From an uncultured bacterium (GTDB lineage Bacteria > Margulisbacteria > WOR-1 > CAVSGV01), in assembly GCA_963768305.1 (NCBI GenBank), contig CAVYHE010000006.1, forward strand, positions 1-64,000: DNA of 64,000 nt. Direction: 5' to 3'. This document shows positions 1 through 10,335 of the stretch, one piece after another. The position numbers and the translations under genes were made by a program. The notes under the pieces were generated by a model. It did no database searches. It was given only the letters and a program-made list of their open reading frames with translations, and was not told where the DNA came from. Position 1 is the stretch's first letter. Every line of letters begins with the position of its first letter.

Positions 1-2
1 GA

Positions 3-173
3 TATAAAAAGGGCAAGCCTGTAGCTATAGAAGGCAAGCTTACGATACGCAAGTATGAGAAGAATGGAGAAAAGCGAACAATCACGGAGGTTGTAGCAGA
101 TAATATGCAGATGCTTGATATGAAGTTTTTCAAACAATCGATAAAGGAGGAAGAAAAAACAGAAGATAAATAA
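3..173 (+). CDS. ssb: Single-stranded DNA-binding protein, 3' part (truncated by window edge)
   Basis: Manual translation YKKGKPVAIEGKLTIRKYEKNGEKRTITEVVADNMQML matches the C-terminal half of the SSB OB-fold. No DDDIPF tip. Confidence 0.8.
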   Translation, partial: YKKGKPVAIEGKLTIRKYEKNGEKRTITEVVADNMQMLDMKFFKQSIKEEEKTEDK

Positions 174-196
174 AGCGATATATCAGGAGGTGGGCA

Positions 197-385
197 ATGC
201 CATCGATCTTCCAGAGCAAAGAAACAAGAGTGCTTATCAATAAGATTTGCTTTCATCCAGAGAACCCTCATTATTGGATAGAACTAGCTGATTTGCTTGC
301 GAACGCTGGGTATCGAAAATCTGCTAATATTTACTATTATGAAGCGATAAAAGTGCTCGAGGTTAAATACTCCTCACATAAGTAA
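197..385 (+). CDS. Small hypothetical protein with a TPR-like helix pair
   Basis: AGGAGG RBS. PENPHYWIELADLL...A..YY..AI resembles a TPR motif. Confidence 0.5.
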   Translation: MPSIFQSKETRVLINKICFHPENPHYWIELADLLANAGYRKSANIYYYEAIKVLEVKYSSHK

Positions 386-442
386 GAAGGTGAAACATGA
401 AAAAAGTTTAGCGTCCCCCATTTCATAATACACGTACTCAAC

Positions 443-470
443 TTGAACTATTCCTCTCTGGGCGTATAAT
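443..470 (+). promoter_or_regulatory. Sigma70-type promoter, probably giving a leaderless R-M transcript
   Basis: TTGAAC (443-448), 16 nt, TATAAT (465-470), then ATG at 479. No SD. Confidence 0.55.
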
Positions 471-478
471 TTCAATTA

Positions 479-3400
479 ATGATAGAAACTACAAAAGATT
501 TAGTGTCCAAATATTTAAAGTCTGTCGCCTCTAAATTTTCCCACAAAGAAACAAGCGAAATGGGCTATCGAACCGATTTTGAATTATTAATGAACGGAAT
601 ATTTGAGTCGATAAAGGTTCAACGCATAGGTCATGATGAAAGGGCTACGCAAGGGAATAAGCCTGACTTTGTTGTGATTAATAACAGCATTCCAATCCTA
701 TATATTGAAGTAAAGGATATTGGAGTTTCGTTTGATAAAGTTGAAAAGTCGGAGCAAATGGCAAGATATTATGGCTATACCAATTTGGTCCTTACCGATT
801 ATCTGGAATTTAGGTTTTATAGCAATGGAGAATCTTACGAAGAGCCAATAAAAATAGCAGAATATGACCTCAAAACCCGAATGATTACCTCCTTACCGGA
901 AAGTTATGAGCATCTGGCAAAATCCCTAATTGACTTCACTCAATCTCAAAAAGAGCCGATCAAATCAGGGGAGCATCTTGCAAAGATAATGGGGGGTAAG
1001 GCTCAAAGAATAAGGGATAATATTAGACAATATCTATCTTCAGATCAAAGCAAAATGCAGAACTTCTGAGTGTATATGAAACCATAAAAAAGCTTCTTGT
1101 TCACGATCTAACCTTGGATGCATTTGCTGATATGTACGCGCAAACCCTTGTTTACGGATTATTCGTTGCCCGTTATAGCGATGAAACTCCAGATACATTT
1201 TCTCGTCAAGAAGCCAGAGACCTAGTTCCAGCGTCCAATCCTTTTCTCCGGCATTTCTTTGATCATATTGCTGGGCCTGATTACGATAAGCGTTTAAGCT
1301 ACATTGTTGATGAGCTTTGTATGGTATTTCAGCATGCGGACGTTCAGCAATTAATAAGTCAATATTTCAAGATTGACCTGTGGGGCAAAGAACATATTAG
1401 CCCAGACCCAGTTATTCATTTTTATGAAGATTTCCTTAAGGAATATGATCCGGGGCTTCGCAAAAAAATGGGAGCTTATTATACCCCATTACCAGTAGTA
1501 AATTTATAGTTCGTTCAGTGGATCACATCTTACAAAAAGAATTTAATCTTACAAATGGCCTTGCAGATTCTTCAAAGCTGCCGAATGGCAAACATCGCGT
1601 TCAAATTCTTGATCCTGCGGTTGGCACAGGCACTTTTATAAGTGCCACCATTCGAAGAATCTATGAAAAACTGATTGAGCATGGGCAAAAGGGCAGATGG
1701 CCAACCTATGTTCATAACGATCTTTTGCCACGCCTTCATGGATTTGAAATTATGATGACGCCATATACGATCGCACATCTCAAATTAAGCATGGCATTTA
1801 AAAAAACAGGATTTAAAATATTTACATGATCGACTTGGTATTTATCTAACAAATTCACTTGAGCAAAGTGAAGCGCAGCAGAGCATGCTTTCTTTTGGTC
1901 TAGCTGAAAGCATTGCTGAAGAAGCCAAAGAAGCAGGCAAAATAAAAAATGAAACCCCAATAATGGTGGTAATGGGGAACCCTCCATATAGCGTTAGCTC
2001 TCCAATAAAGGCGAATGGATATCAAAAGCTTATCACGGATTATAAAAAGGGACTTAAAGAAAAAAAGATTAATCTTGATGATGATTATATTAAATTTATT
2101 CGATATGCAGAACATTATATTGAGAAAAATAAAAGTGGCATTGTATGCAATGATTACTAATAATTCATTTCATCGACGGTATTACTCATCGTCAAATGAG
2201 GAAACATTTACTCGAAACATTTGATGAGATTTATATTTTCGATCTCCATGGCGATTCTCAGAGAGATCAATCTCCAGATGGTTGCAAAGATGAAAATGTG
2301 TTCGATATTCAGCAGGGAGTTGCAATTTCTATTATGGTTCGCAAAAATGAAATAAAAGAGAAACTTGGGAGCGTGTTTTATGCTGAGTCCGTTGGTGCGC
2401 GAGATTTAAATTTCAAGCCCTCAATAAAGCTGGTCTGGACAAGAAGAATTGGAAAAAGCTCATGTTAAGAAGCCATATTATTTCTTTGCACCAAAGGATT
2501 TTACTTCGAGGAAGTAGAATATATGAAGGGATTTTTTTTGAAGGACTTGTTTCTGCAATGGTCAACTGGAATTGAGACACAAAACGATGAAATCTTGCTC
2601 AAATATCTCCGACGCTGATTGATCGCAGTCCTTGCATGATATGGTAAATCAGCGGTAGATGAGAACCCATTTGTAAAATACTTATCAGTTCAAGGTGTCG
2701 AGGATGATAAAGTTGTTAGAATAATGCATAAGCCATTTGATTTTAGATACACATATCTTGATTCCAAGGTTCTTGGTCGTGCTCGCTTACCATTCATGAA
2801 CAATCTTCTTAAGACATAATATTGCTTTGATGTGTGCGAGGCAATACACAAAAATGAAAAACCAGGGGCATTTGTGGTAAACATACCAGCAGCTCATAAA
2901 TGTTTTTCGGCAAATGATAAAACCGTTCTTTTTCCGCTTTATACCTTTATTTTAAAGAGGTTGGCAAGACACCAAATCTCAACAAGGAAATTGTTAATGT
3001 AATAGAGAAGCGTGTTGGCAGGATAACCAATGAAGATATTTTTGATTATATTTATGCTGTTTTGCATTCGCCTTGTTACTGCAACAAATATAAGGAATTC
3101 TTAAAGATTGATTTTCCACGCGTTCCATACCCAAAGGACGCTAAAACATTCAAAAAGCTGGTTAAGCTCGGGGTTGAATTGCGAGGGCTTCACTTACTTG
3201 AGTCGCCAAAAATGAACAAATATATTACTTCATTCCCTGTAGAAGGATCTGATACGGTTGACAAGGTTGCTTACAAGGATGGCAAGGTGTTTGTTAATGA
3301 AGAGCAATATTTCGGAAAAGTCCCGGTGATAGCATGGGATTTTTACATTGGGGGTTATCAGCCAGCGCAGAAATGGCTAAAAGATCGAAAAGGACGCAAG

Positions 3401-3550
3401 CTCTCAAATGAAGACATCGAGCATTATGAAAGTATAATAGTTGCTCTGACTGAAACGGATAGAATAATGAAAGAAATTGATCAGATTGATTTTCTTGGAA
3501 AAGGAAGCCATGGGCTGATTGAAGCTGAAGATAAGGCGACAGAAAGATAA
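479..3550 (+). CDS. Type IIG/ISP-like fused restriction endonuclease-N6-adenine methyltransferase, multiply frameshifted
   Basis: Consecutive ORF fragments give the nuclease motif KPDF...IEVKD, FADMYAQTLVYGLF, GAYYTP, motif I ILDPAVGTGTF, motif IV GNPPY and the C-terminal LKIDFPRVP...IGGYQPAQKWLKDRKGR specificity region. Confidence 0.85.
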
Positions 3551-5109
3551 TGCGCTTAATTGACTCGACTTACAAAAGAATTAGATCTATTGATTATAAT
3601 TTTGTCAAAAATGTTATCTATAATTATAAAGATATAATCCTCATTGTTATAGTATGCCCTATTTTATATAGATTGATGCCATCTTTGTCCTGCGATGTTT
3701 CTATTGTTCAAAATATTGGGATAGCTTTATTGGCCTTATTAATTCCCGTCGTAATATTTATTTTTTCATGGGAAAACGAATATATGTTTGTTTGGGATAA
3801 AAATGTAATTGTTAATAAGGTCATTGAAGCGAAATCACTATTAGTAGCAAATATATATATATTTGCCCCATTATTAATATGGAAGGTAAGAAATGGCACT
3901 TTCACTTCAATCTTTTCTGGATTATTCATTGTTGGTGTATTAATCCAATTGAAGATTTTATTTAATTCATATAGATGGATAAATACTGTTGAAATACAGG
4001 ATGGCCACGATCCATCTAATTACCGTGCGCAGCTAAGGCGGCAATATTTAAAAGAATGTGACGATAAAGATGGAGAAAAGATATGGTCAATTACATGGCA
4101 AAGAAAGAATATAAATACTTTTATGGAGAGAGAATTGCTCCAAATATATATGCCTATTATTAATTCTTTGCAAAAAAAGAAAGAGAATGTCCAATTAATA
4201 AGCTATTTACATATTTTTGCAAATAACCTAAAAAACAGAAACATAAACGACTGGACTGTGTTTGAAGTATATTTTGCAAATCTATTAGAATTATATTATA
4301 ACAATTATTTAGAATTGCAAAAAAGGGTATCTGCCACCACCGAAACCACAGCCCCTGATTCAAGAAGCCTCGAAATAACAATTGCTATTACAGATTTGAT
4401 TGCTGGTTGCACGGAAATTGCAGTAAAATCAACCGTCGCATATATCTTTTTCGATTTGCTAAAAAAGCATGTTAATGGCAAGCCCGAAGTCTATCTTAAT
4501 TACTTAATATTTAGGGCTATAAGCTGCGCATTCCTTGAGAATGTAACGCAATCAAGCCAAGCGTCAAATATATGGGATGAATGGTTCCCGAAAGAATGGA
4601 AAATAACAAAAGAAAATCTTACACATAAAGATACAACGATTAAATATATTGCTAATATGTGGCTACAAATGTATTTTAATTGGGCCCTTGATAAGATTTT
4701 TATTAACAAGGAAAATATTGATCGAAAATTAGATAATGTAACCTCTAATATATTCCCGTCGGTTGATCCTATATTATGGGCTAATATTATACTTCTTGTA
4801 TTTTGTCCTTTTGATAATGTTGACGATAAAATTCAATATGTTCTTGCAAATTCCCCTTCATTTGGATTTATGGGGAGGTTGATCCCATTTAATGGTTCTT
4901 TTGATGATAAAGCGGCAGTAGAAACAGCACATAAATATGAACAAGATACATTTGAACTCGCAATACTTATATTTAAATCCCGCCTATCAAAAGACAATTT
5001 CACTAATGTTAAAGATGCTTTAGAAGCAAAGATATATACGGAAGAAAAAGATAAATATAGACAACATAAATACATAAAGATTCTTCAAGGCTTATTGGCG
5101 AAGATGTAA
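3550..5109 (+). CDS. Uncharacterised membrane protein (about 4 N-terminal TM helices plus large helical soluble domain)
   Basis: Intact 519 aa ORF with hydrophobic N-terminal segments, coupled to the R-M gene by a TAATG overlap. Confidence 0.7.
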   Translation: MRLIDSTYKRIRSIDYNFVKNVIYNYKDIILIVIVCPILYRLMPSLSCDVSIVQNIGIALLALLIPVVIFIFSWENEYMFVWDKNVIVNKVIEAKSLLVANIYIFAPLLIWKVRNGTFTSIFSGLFIVGVLIQLKILFNSYRWINTVEIQDGHDPSNYRAQLRRQYLKECDDKDGEKIWSITWQRKNINTFMERELLQIYMPIINSLQKKKENVQLISYLHIFANNLKNRNINDWTVFEVYFANLLELYYNNYLELQKRVSATTETTAPDSRSLEITIAITDLIAGCTEIAVKSTVAYIFFDLLKKHVNGKPEVYLNYLIFRAISCAFLENVTQSSQASNIWDEWFPKEWKITKENLTHKDTTIKYIANMWLQMYFNWALDKIFINKENIDRKLDNVTSNIFPSVDPILWANIILLVFCPFDNVDDKIQYVLANSPSFGFMGRLIPFNGSFDDKAAVETAHKYEQDTFELAILIFKSRLSKDNFTNVKDALEAKIYTEEKDKYRQHKYIKILQGLLAKM

Positions 5110-5182
5110 TCAATGTTTCCATCGCTTATCATATAAAAAATAATTATTTTGTTATCTAGTATATTTGTTATATAATATATGC

Positions 5183-6067
5183 ATGAGGAAAATTCCCTTA
5201 AGCCGAATAGGCGAATATCTCAAAACCGCGCTAACTATTGTACTGGAGCAAGGGGGTTCTTGCCCCTCAAACGTTGTTTTTCAAGAACTTGAGAAACGCT
5301 TAACATTTTCTGACTATGAAAAAGAGGTCTATAAAAAAAGCGGTTATATTAGATGGGAGTCTATTACTCATTTTTATTCTATTGACCTTGCAAAAGCTGG
5401 TTGGCTAAAAAAACATAAAGGGTCATGGTTTATCACTGAAGATGGCAAAAAAGCTCTTGAATATGATGTTGATACCTTTATCAATAAAGCAAACGAGAAA
5501 TATCATGAGTGGGCAGATTCTCGTGAGTTAATTCGAGATAAAGAAGTTGAGCCGGAAACAGACCACCCTTCTATCACGACAACATTTGAACAAGCACTGT
5601 CAAGTTCGAGAGAACAAATTAAAGGTTTTATTAAGAATGTAAATCCATATGACTTTCAAGATATTGTTGCCGCACTGTTTAGGGGAATGGGTTATTATAC
5701 GCCTTTTATTGCGCCTAAGGGTCCGGATGGAGGAATAGACATTGTAGCTTATAAAGACCCTATTGGGGCAGATGTTCCACGCATCCGCATACAAGTAAAA
5801 CATAGAATCGACACAAAAGTAAATCGTGCTGAAGTTGCCTCACTTAATAGTGACTTACAGAAAGAAGGCTATATTGGAGTTATTGTTTCAACGGGTGGCT
5901 TTTCTTCTGATTCACTGACAGAGATCAGAAAGACAAATAAACATATTGAAAAAATTGATTTAGATGACTTTATCGACCTATGGGAAACAAATTATGACAA
6001 AATGACAGATGAAGATAAAAACTTACTTCCACTTAGAAAAATAATGTTCTTAGCCCCAGAAGAATAA
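5183..6067 (+). CDS. mrr: Mrr-family (type IV) restriction endonuclease
   Basis: N-terminal winged-helix Mrr_N-like region (LAKAGWL...GSWFITEDG). Catalytic PYDFQDIVAALF...GPDGGIDIVA...IQVKH...G.IVSTGGFS. Confidence 0.85.
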   Translation: MRKIPLSRIGEYLKTALTIVLEQGGSCPSNVVFQELEKRLTFSDYEKEVYKKSGYIRWESITHFYSIDLAKAGWLKKHKGSWFITEDGKKALEYDVDTFINKANEKYHEWADSRELIRDKEVEPETDHPSITTTFEQALSSSREQIKGFIKNVNPYDFQDIVAALFRGMGYYTPFIAPKGPDGGIDIVAYKDPIGADVPRIRIQVKHRIDTKVNRAEVASLNSDLQKEGYIGVIVSTGGFSSDSLTEIRKTNKHIEKIDLDDFIDLWETNYDKMTDEDKNLLPLRKIMFLAPEE

Positions 6068-6314
6068 GGGTCTTCACCTATAATCCCTGTATCTATATAT
6101 AACTAAATATCAATTTTGTTATATAAAACCCACTTTTATGCAATAATTCCGATATAAACCTCAAGATATTTTATTATATAAAACATATAGGATTAACAAT
6201 GTATGCAAGTATTGCATAGTCATTTACTCTAATTCATAATGGTCCTAATGATGGGGCAAGGTCAGACAGCGTGGAGTGCTAGAAAATACATAAAAATGGA
6301 AGTATAATAACGAT

Positions 6315-7490
6315 ATGTATATTTCTCATGTTAAATTAAGAAATTGGCGGAACTTTCTAAATATTGATGTCGATCTTCAGGAGAGAATGTTTCTTGTTGG
6401 GCCAAATGCTTCTGGTAAATCAAATTTGTTGGATGTTTTTCGTTTTATACACGACATTGCAAAATCTCATGGTGGAGGATTGCAAAATGCCGTGAAAGAA
6501 AGGGGCGGTATTTCAAAAATTCGCTGTCTTTCTACAAGAAAATCTCCAGATATAGTGATAGGTATTTCCTTAACTGACACAATTGGGAATGAGCCGACAT
6601 GGCGATATGAAATTGGAATCAAACAAACAAGCAACGGTGCTTTATTTGCAGGTCAACGGACCCCATTTATCAGCTATGAAAAAGTGTGGCATAAAGACGA
6701 TTTAATCTTGAATCGTCCGGATGATAAAGATAAGACTGACAGGCTACTTAACACTCAAACACATCTGGAACAGATGAATATGAATTCAACTTTTCGTGAA
6801 ATTGCAAAATATTTTCAATCAATTTCATATTTACATCTTATCCCTCAATTATTAAGACACCCAGAAGCATTTAATGGTAGGAATCTCCCAGAAGATCCAT
6901 ACGGAAGAGACTTTTTGGATCATATTGCTGAAACACCAGAAAAAACAAAAAAATCGAGACTAAGAAAAATCGAAGCCGCTCTTCTTATTGCTGTTCCACA
7001 ACTAAAGCAATTAACTGATACAAAGGATTCAAGAGGTGTGACTCATTTAGAAGCAGTTTATTCTCACTGGAGACCCAAGGCTGGGAAACAAAATGAGGAG
7101 CAATTCTCGGATGGTACTCTGCGATTAATGGGTTTATTGTGGGCACTCTTAGATGGGAATTCGTTGTTACTATTAGAAGAACCAGAGTTGTCTCTTAACG
7201 CAGGCATTGTTAGAAAATTACCAAGATTAATGAATCGTATTTTAAAAGAGAAAAAACGACAATTATTTATTTCGACCCACAGTGCGGATTTGCTAGCTGA
7301 TAAAGACATAGGAGTTGAGGAAATACTCATGCTAAAACCGGGGCCAGAAGGGACTAAAGTGTTTCCTGCTAATTCAAATGAAACTATACGAGACCTGCTT
7401 GAGGGAGGGCTGACAATTTCCGATGCAATTATGCCTCAAACAACGCCACAAAATTTAAATCAACTCGACCTGTTTAGTGTAAATGAGTAA
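6315..7490 (+). CDS. ABC/SMC-type ATPase (AAA_21-like)
   Basis: Walker A GPNASGKS, signature FSDGTLR, Walker B LLLLEEPE, H-loop STHS. Confidence 0.85.
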   Translation: MYISHVKLRNWRNFLNIDVDLQERMFLVGPNASGKSNLLDVFRFIHDIAKSHGGGLQNAVKERGGISKIRCLSTRKSPDIVIGISLTDTIGNEPTWRYEIGIKQTSNGALFAGQRTPFISYEKVWHKDDLILNRPDDKDKTDRLLNTQTHLEQMNMNSTFREIAKYFQSISYLHLIPQLLRHPEAFNGRNLPEDPYGRDFLDHIAETPEKTKKSRLRKIEAALLIAVPQLKQLTDTKDSRGVTHLEAVYSHWRPKAGKQNEEQFSDGTLRLMGLLWALLDGNSLLLLEEPELSLNAGIVRKLPRLMNRILKEKKRQLFISTHSADLLADKDIGVEEILMLKPGPEGTKVFPANSNETIRDLLEGGLTISDAIMPQTTPQNLNQLDLFSVNE

Positions 7491-8076
7491 GTGTATTCCT
7501 GCAAATATTGTTATAGAGGACGATTTAAGTGAACATGTCCTAATTAAGATTTTGTCTGTTGTTGGAGATTATTATCTTGCCCCTGGTTATCAAAAAAATG
7601 GCGCGGGATATATTGATAAAAATATAAACGGGTTTAATAATGGAGCGAAAGGAACACCATTTATCGTATTGAGAGACCTTGATAATTGGCCATGTGCCCC
7701 TCAATTAATCTCAAATCTATTAACGAATAGAAAGAATAAATATTTTATTTTTCGGATAGTGGTAAAAGAAATTGAGACATGGCTTTTAGCTGATAAAAAT
7801 AATCTTGCTAATTATTTAAGTGTTAATAGTGCGATCATTCCTGACAATCCTGAAACAATTTGTGACCCAAAAGAATTTATTGTGAATATTGCTCGAGGCT
7901 CCAGTAATAGAGCCATCATTAATGATATAGTACCAGAAGCTGGATCAGGAAGAAGCATTGGGCGATATTACAATGATAGATTAATTGTATTTGCAAATCA
8001 GTTGTGGGATGTTAATTCTGCTGCCAACCGTTCAATTAGTCTTAAGCGGGCAATGGATGAATTTACTGGAATTTAA
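7483..8076 (+). CDS. DUF4276-like TOPRIM-type partner of the ATPase
   Basis: IVIEDDLSE, LRDLD (DxD), EIETWLLAD and DPK motifs. Overlaps the ATPase stop codon. Confidence 0.65.
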   Translation: MSKCIPANIVIEDDLSEHVLIKILSVVGDYYLAPGYQKNGAGYIDKNINGFNNGAKGTPFIVLRDLDNWPCAPQLISNLLTNRKNKYFIFRIVVKEIETWLLADKNNLANYLSVNSAIIPDNPETICDPKEFIVNIARGSSNRAIINDIVPEAGSGRSIGRYYNDRLIVFANQLWDVNSAANRSISLKRAMDEFTGI

Positions 8077-8154
8077 AAATAAATGGCCTTAATAATGGCA
8101 ATAAGATTAATATAATTATGTCAGTTCCTCCTCATTTGTTGAGCCACAAAATCC

Positions 8155-8176
8155 TGCTAACATTTTGCTAACATTT
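8155..8176 (+). repeat. Tandem 11-bp direct repeat TGCTAACATTT x2, putative integrase arm-type sites
   Basis: Exact tandem copies about 115 bp inside the att fragment. Confidence 0.55.
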
Positions 8177-8290
8177 CTTATCGATTTTGACCGATTTCAG
8201 GTGATATAGACTGACTTTACATTTTCCAATATGTGCGTAGAATAGCTGAAAAGTGGGGTTTTTGGTAAACGGTGAAAATCGAGGACCTAA

Positions 8291-8332
8291 CTCATAACCC
8301 GAAGGTCGTGAGTTCAAATCTCACCCCCGCTA
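8291..8332 (+). other. 3' half of tRNA-Met(CAT), att site of the left island
   Basis: CTCATAACCCGAAGGTCGTGAGTTCAAATCTCACCCCCGCTA covers anticodon loop to acceptor end. No 5' half upstream. Base composition shifts here. Confidence 0.85.
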
Positions 8333-8365
8333 TTTTCTTTGTCCGGTTAAAGGCCTGGTGTTAAA

Positions 8366-8680
8366 ATGCAGAGCGCAGAACGATTTCTAGAAAAGGTATT
8401 CGAGGGACATCCGAAGGATTTTAACATCGGCCTCTGGGATGGCAGCCTCATCAAATGGTCCGACTCACCGAAATTCACATTGACATTCAAGGATAAGGGT
8501 ACTTTCAAAAAGGTCATGATCGCATCTGACGCATATAAAGCGGGAAAAGCTTTTATTGAAGGAAAAGTGGATATAACCGGCGATGTGTTTGAGGCGATTA
8601 AGCTTGCAGATCATCTGTCGCAGCCCAGGTTCAGCTTTATCGAAAAAATGAGATTATTGCTTGAGGTGATGAGATTATGA
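8366..8680 (+). CDS. N-terminal domain of cyclopropane fatty acid synthase, as a separate ORF
   Basis: LWDGS...FTLTF...GKAFIEGKVDITGD resembles the CFA synthase N-domain. ATGA overlap with the next gene. Confidence 0.7.
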   Translation: MQSAERFLEKVFEGHPKDFNIGLWDGSLIKWSDSPKFTLTFKDKGTFKKVMIASDAYKAGKAFIEGKVDITGDVFEAIKLADHLSQPRFSFIEKMRLLLEVMRL

Positions 8681-9570
8681 TAAAGCACTCGCGCAAAAAG
8701 GACAGGGATTCCATTTCTTACCATTACGATGTCGGCAATGATTTCTACAAACTTTTTCTGGGAAAGGAAATGGTATATTCATGCGCATATTTCAGGGATG
8801 TCAACGATGACATAGACAAAGCTCAGCGGAATAAGCTGGACCTCATATGCAAAAAACTCAGGTTGAAGCCCGGCGAACGGTTCCTTGACATCGGAAGCGG
8901 ATGGGGAGGCCTGATCCTGCATGCGGCAAGGAATTATGGGGTGAAGTCCTTTGGCGTGACGATAAGCAAGAGCCAATACGAATTCGCCAGGGCAAGAATA
9001 GAGAAAGAAGGACTGGCTGATTCATGCAGGGTTGAGCTGATGGATTACAGGAACATTCCCGGCAAAGCGGCATTCGACAAGATAGCATCGGTCGGGATGT
9101 TCGAACACGTCGGAATAAAGAACCTCCCGACATATTTCGGCGCCGTGCACAGGCTGCTCAAGGATGACGGGTTGTTCCTTAACCACGGGATAACCACCGC
9201 CAAAAAGATTAAAAAAGGGAGCGGCAGCATGAGGTTCATAAACGAATTCGTCTTTCCGGACGGGGAACTGGCGGAAATCAGCCTCATACAAAAGATCATG
9301 GAAAAATCCGGTTTTGAGATCCATGACCTGGAATCGCTCAGGCCACACTACGCCGAAACTCTGAGGCACTGGACAAAGAACCTGTTAAGCCAAAAGCCCA
9401 AGGCGCTGGAGCTTGTAGATGAAAAGAAATATCGCATATGGATCATTTACATGGCCGCTTGCTCTTACGGATTTGAAAAAGGGCATATAGGCGTTTACCA
9501 GCTGCTTTCGGCAAAAAGGAAGCATGGTTTCTCGCACCTGCCGTTGACTCGTGAGGATATATACGCTTAA
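8677..9570 (+). CDS. cfa: Cyclopropane-fatty-acyl-phospholipid synthase, catalytic domain
   Basis: HYDVGNDFY, YSCAYF, LDIGSGWGG, SVGMFEHVG, HYAETL motifs. Confidence 0.92.
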   Translation: MIKHSRKKDRDSISYHYDVGNDFYKLFLGKEMVYSCAYFRDVNDDIDKAQRNKLDLICKKLRLKPGERFLDIGSGWGGLILHAARNYGVKSFGVTISKSQYEFARARIEKEGLADSCRVELMDYRNIPGKAAFDKIASVGMFEHVGIKNLPTYFGAVHRLLKDDGLFLNHGITTAKKIKKGSGSMRFINEFVFPDGELAEISLIQKIMEKSGFEIHDLESLRPHYAETLRHWTKNLLSQKPKALELVDEKKYRIWIIYMAACSYGFEKGHIGVYQLLSAKRKHGFSHLPLTREDIYA

Positions 9571-9573
9571 ATA

Positions 9574-10251
9574 GTGCTTACAATGGATGAAAAAATTAAA
9601 ACTCTGGAGCTTGGTTTTGTAAACGCTTACCTGTTAAAAGCAGGGGACGGGTTCATTCTTGTAGATACCGGACTGCCTTATCAGGGGGCGGAGCTGGAAA
9701 GCAAACTGGCCTCCGCAGGATGTTCGCCCGGGAAATTAAAACTTATCCTTATAACGCACGGCGACTGGGACCATACAGGTAATGTATCCAGATTGCGCGA
9801 GAAATATAATGTGAAGGTGGCCATGCATTTCGGCGATGTCGACCAGGTGGAAAAAGGCGTATTTTTAAAACGTAAGATAAGGCCGCTGCTTTATAGGATA
9901 TTTTTTATCGTCAGGATGTTGCTCAGGAAACTGCAAAAGAACAAGATGAATTATCCCACATTTAAGCCGGATATCCTCCTGTCTGACGGACAAAGCCTGG
10001 AAGGATATGGTTTAAAAGCGAAAGTCATCCACATTCCGGGGCATACGCCAGGTTCGATCGGAGTCATAACTGACGATGGAGATCTTATCTCCGGGGATAT
10101 GTTTTTTAACAATAAGAAGCCTGACACCGCCAGGATAATAGAAAATGAAGAGCAGCTGAAGAACAGCTTTAATAAATTGAGATCAATGAACATCAAAATG
10201 ATATATCCGGGGCATGGCAAACCTTTTCCCTGGGAGCGCGTTTCCAACTAA
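9574..10251 (+). CDS. MBL-fold metallo-hydrolase
   Basis: THGDWDH, PGHTPGS, GD and PGHG motifs. Confidence 0.9.
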   Translation: MLTMDEKIKTLELGFVNAYLLKAGDGFILVDTGLPYQGAELESKLASAGCSPGKLKLILITHGDWDHTGNVSRLREKYNVKVAMHFGDVDQVEKGVFLKRKIRPLLYRIFFIVRMLLRKLQKNKMNYPTFKPDILLSDGQSLEGYGLKAKVIHIPGHTPGSIGVITDDGDLISGDMFFNNKKPDTARIIENEEQLKNSFNKLRSMNIKMIYPGHGKPFPWERVSN

Positions 10252-10335
10252 TGTCTGAGTTGGCGGGAAATTGATCATCGACAGACAGCAAAAGTAAACC
10301 AGGGAAGTATTTATGATGGTCGCCCTTTATTTAGC

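Larger units (their letters stand above)
1..8332. mobile_element. Right end of a tRNA-Met-integrated genomic island with defence cargo
   Basis: AT-rich block with SSB and restriction genes, ending at the tRNA fragment. Confidence 0.8.

Noticed and set aside
6315..8076. Naming the ATPase pair as PARIS or Gabija outright
   Set aside because: The partner resembles DUF4276 rather than AriB or a UvrD helicase. It cannot be assigned without HMM searches.
8260..8332. Complete tRNA-Met gene
   Set aside because: No acceptor 5' strand or D-arm upstream of the anticodon loop.
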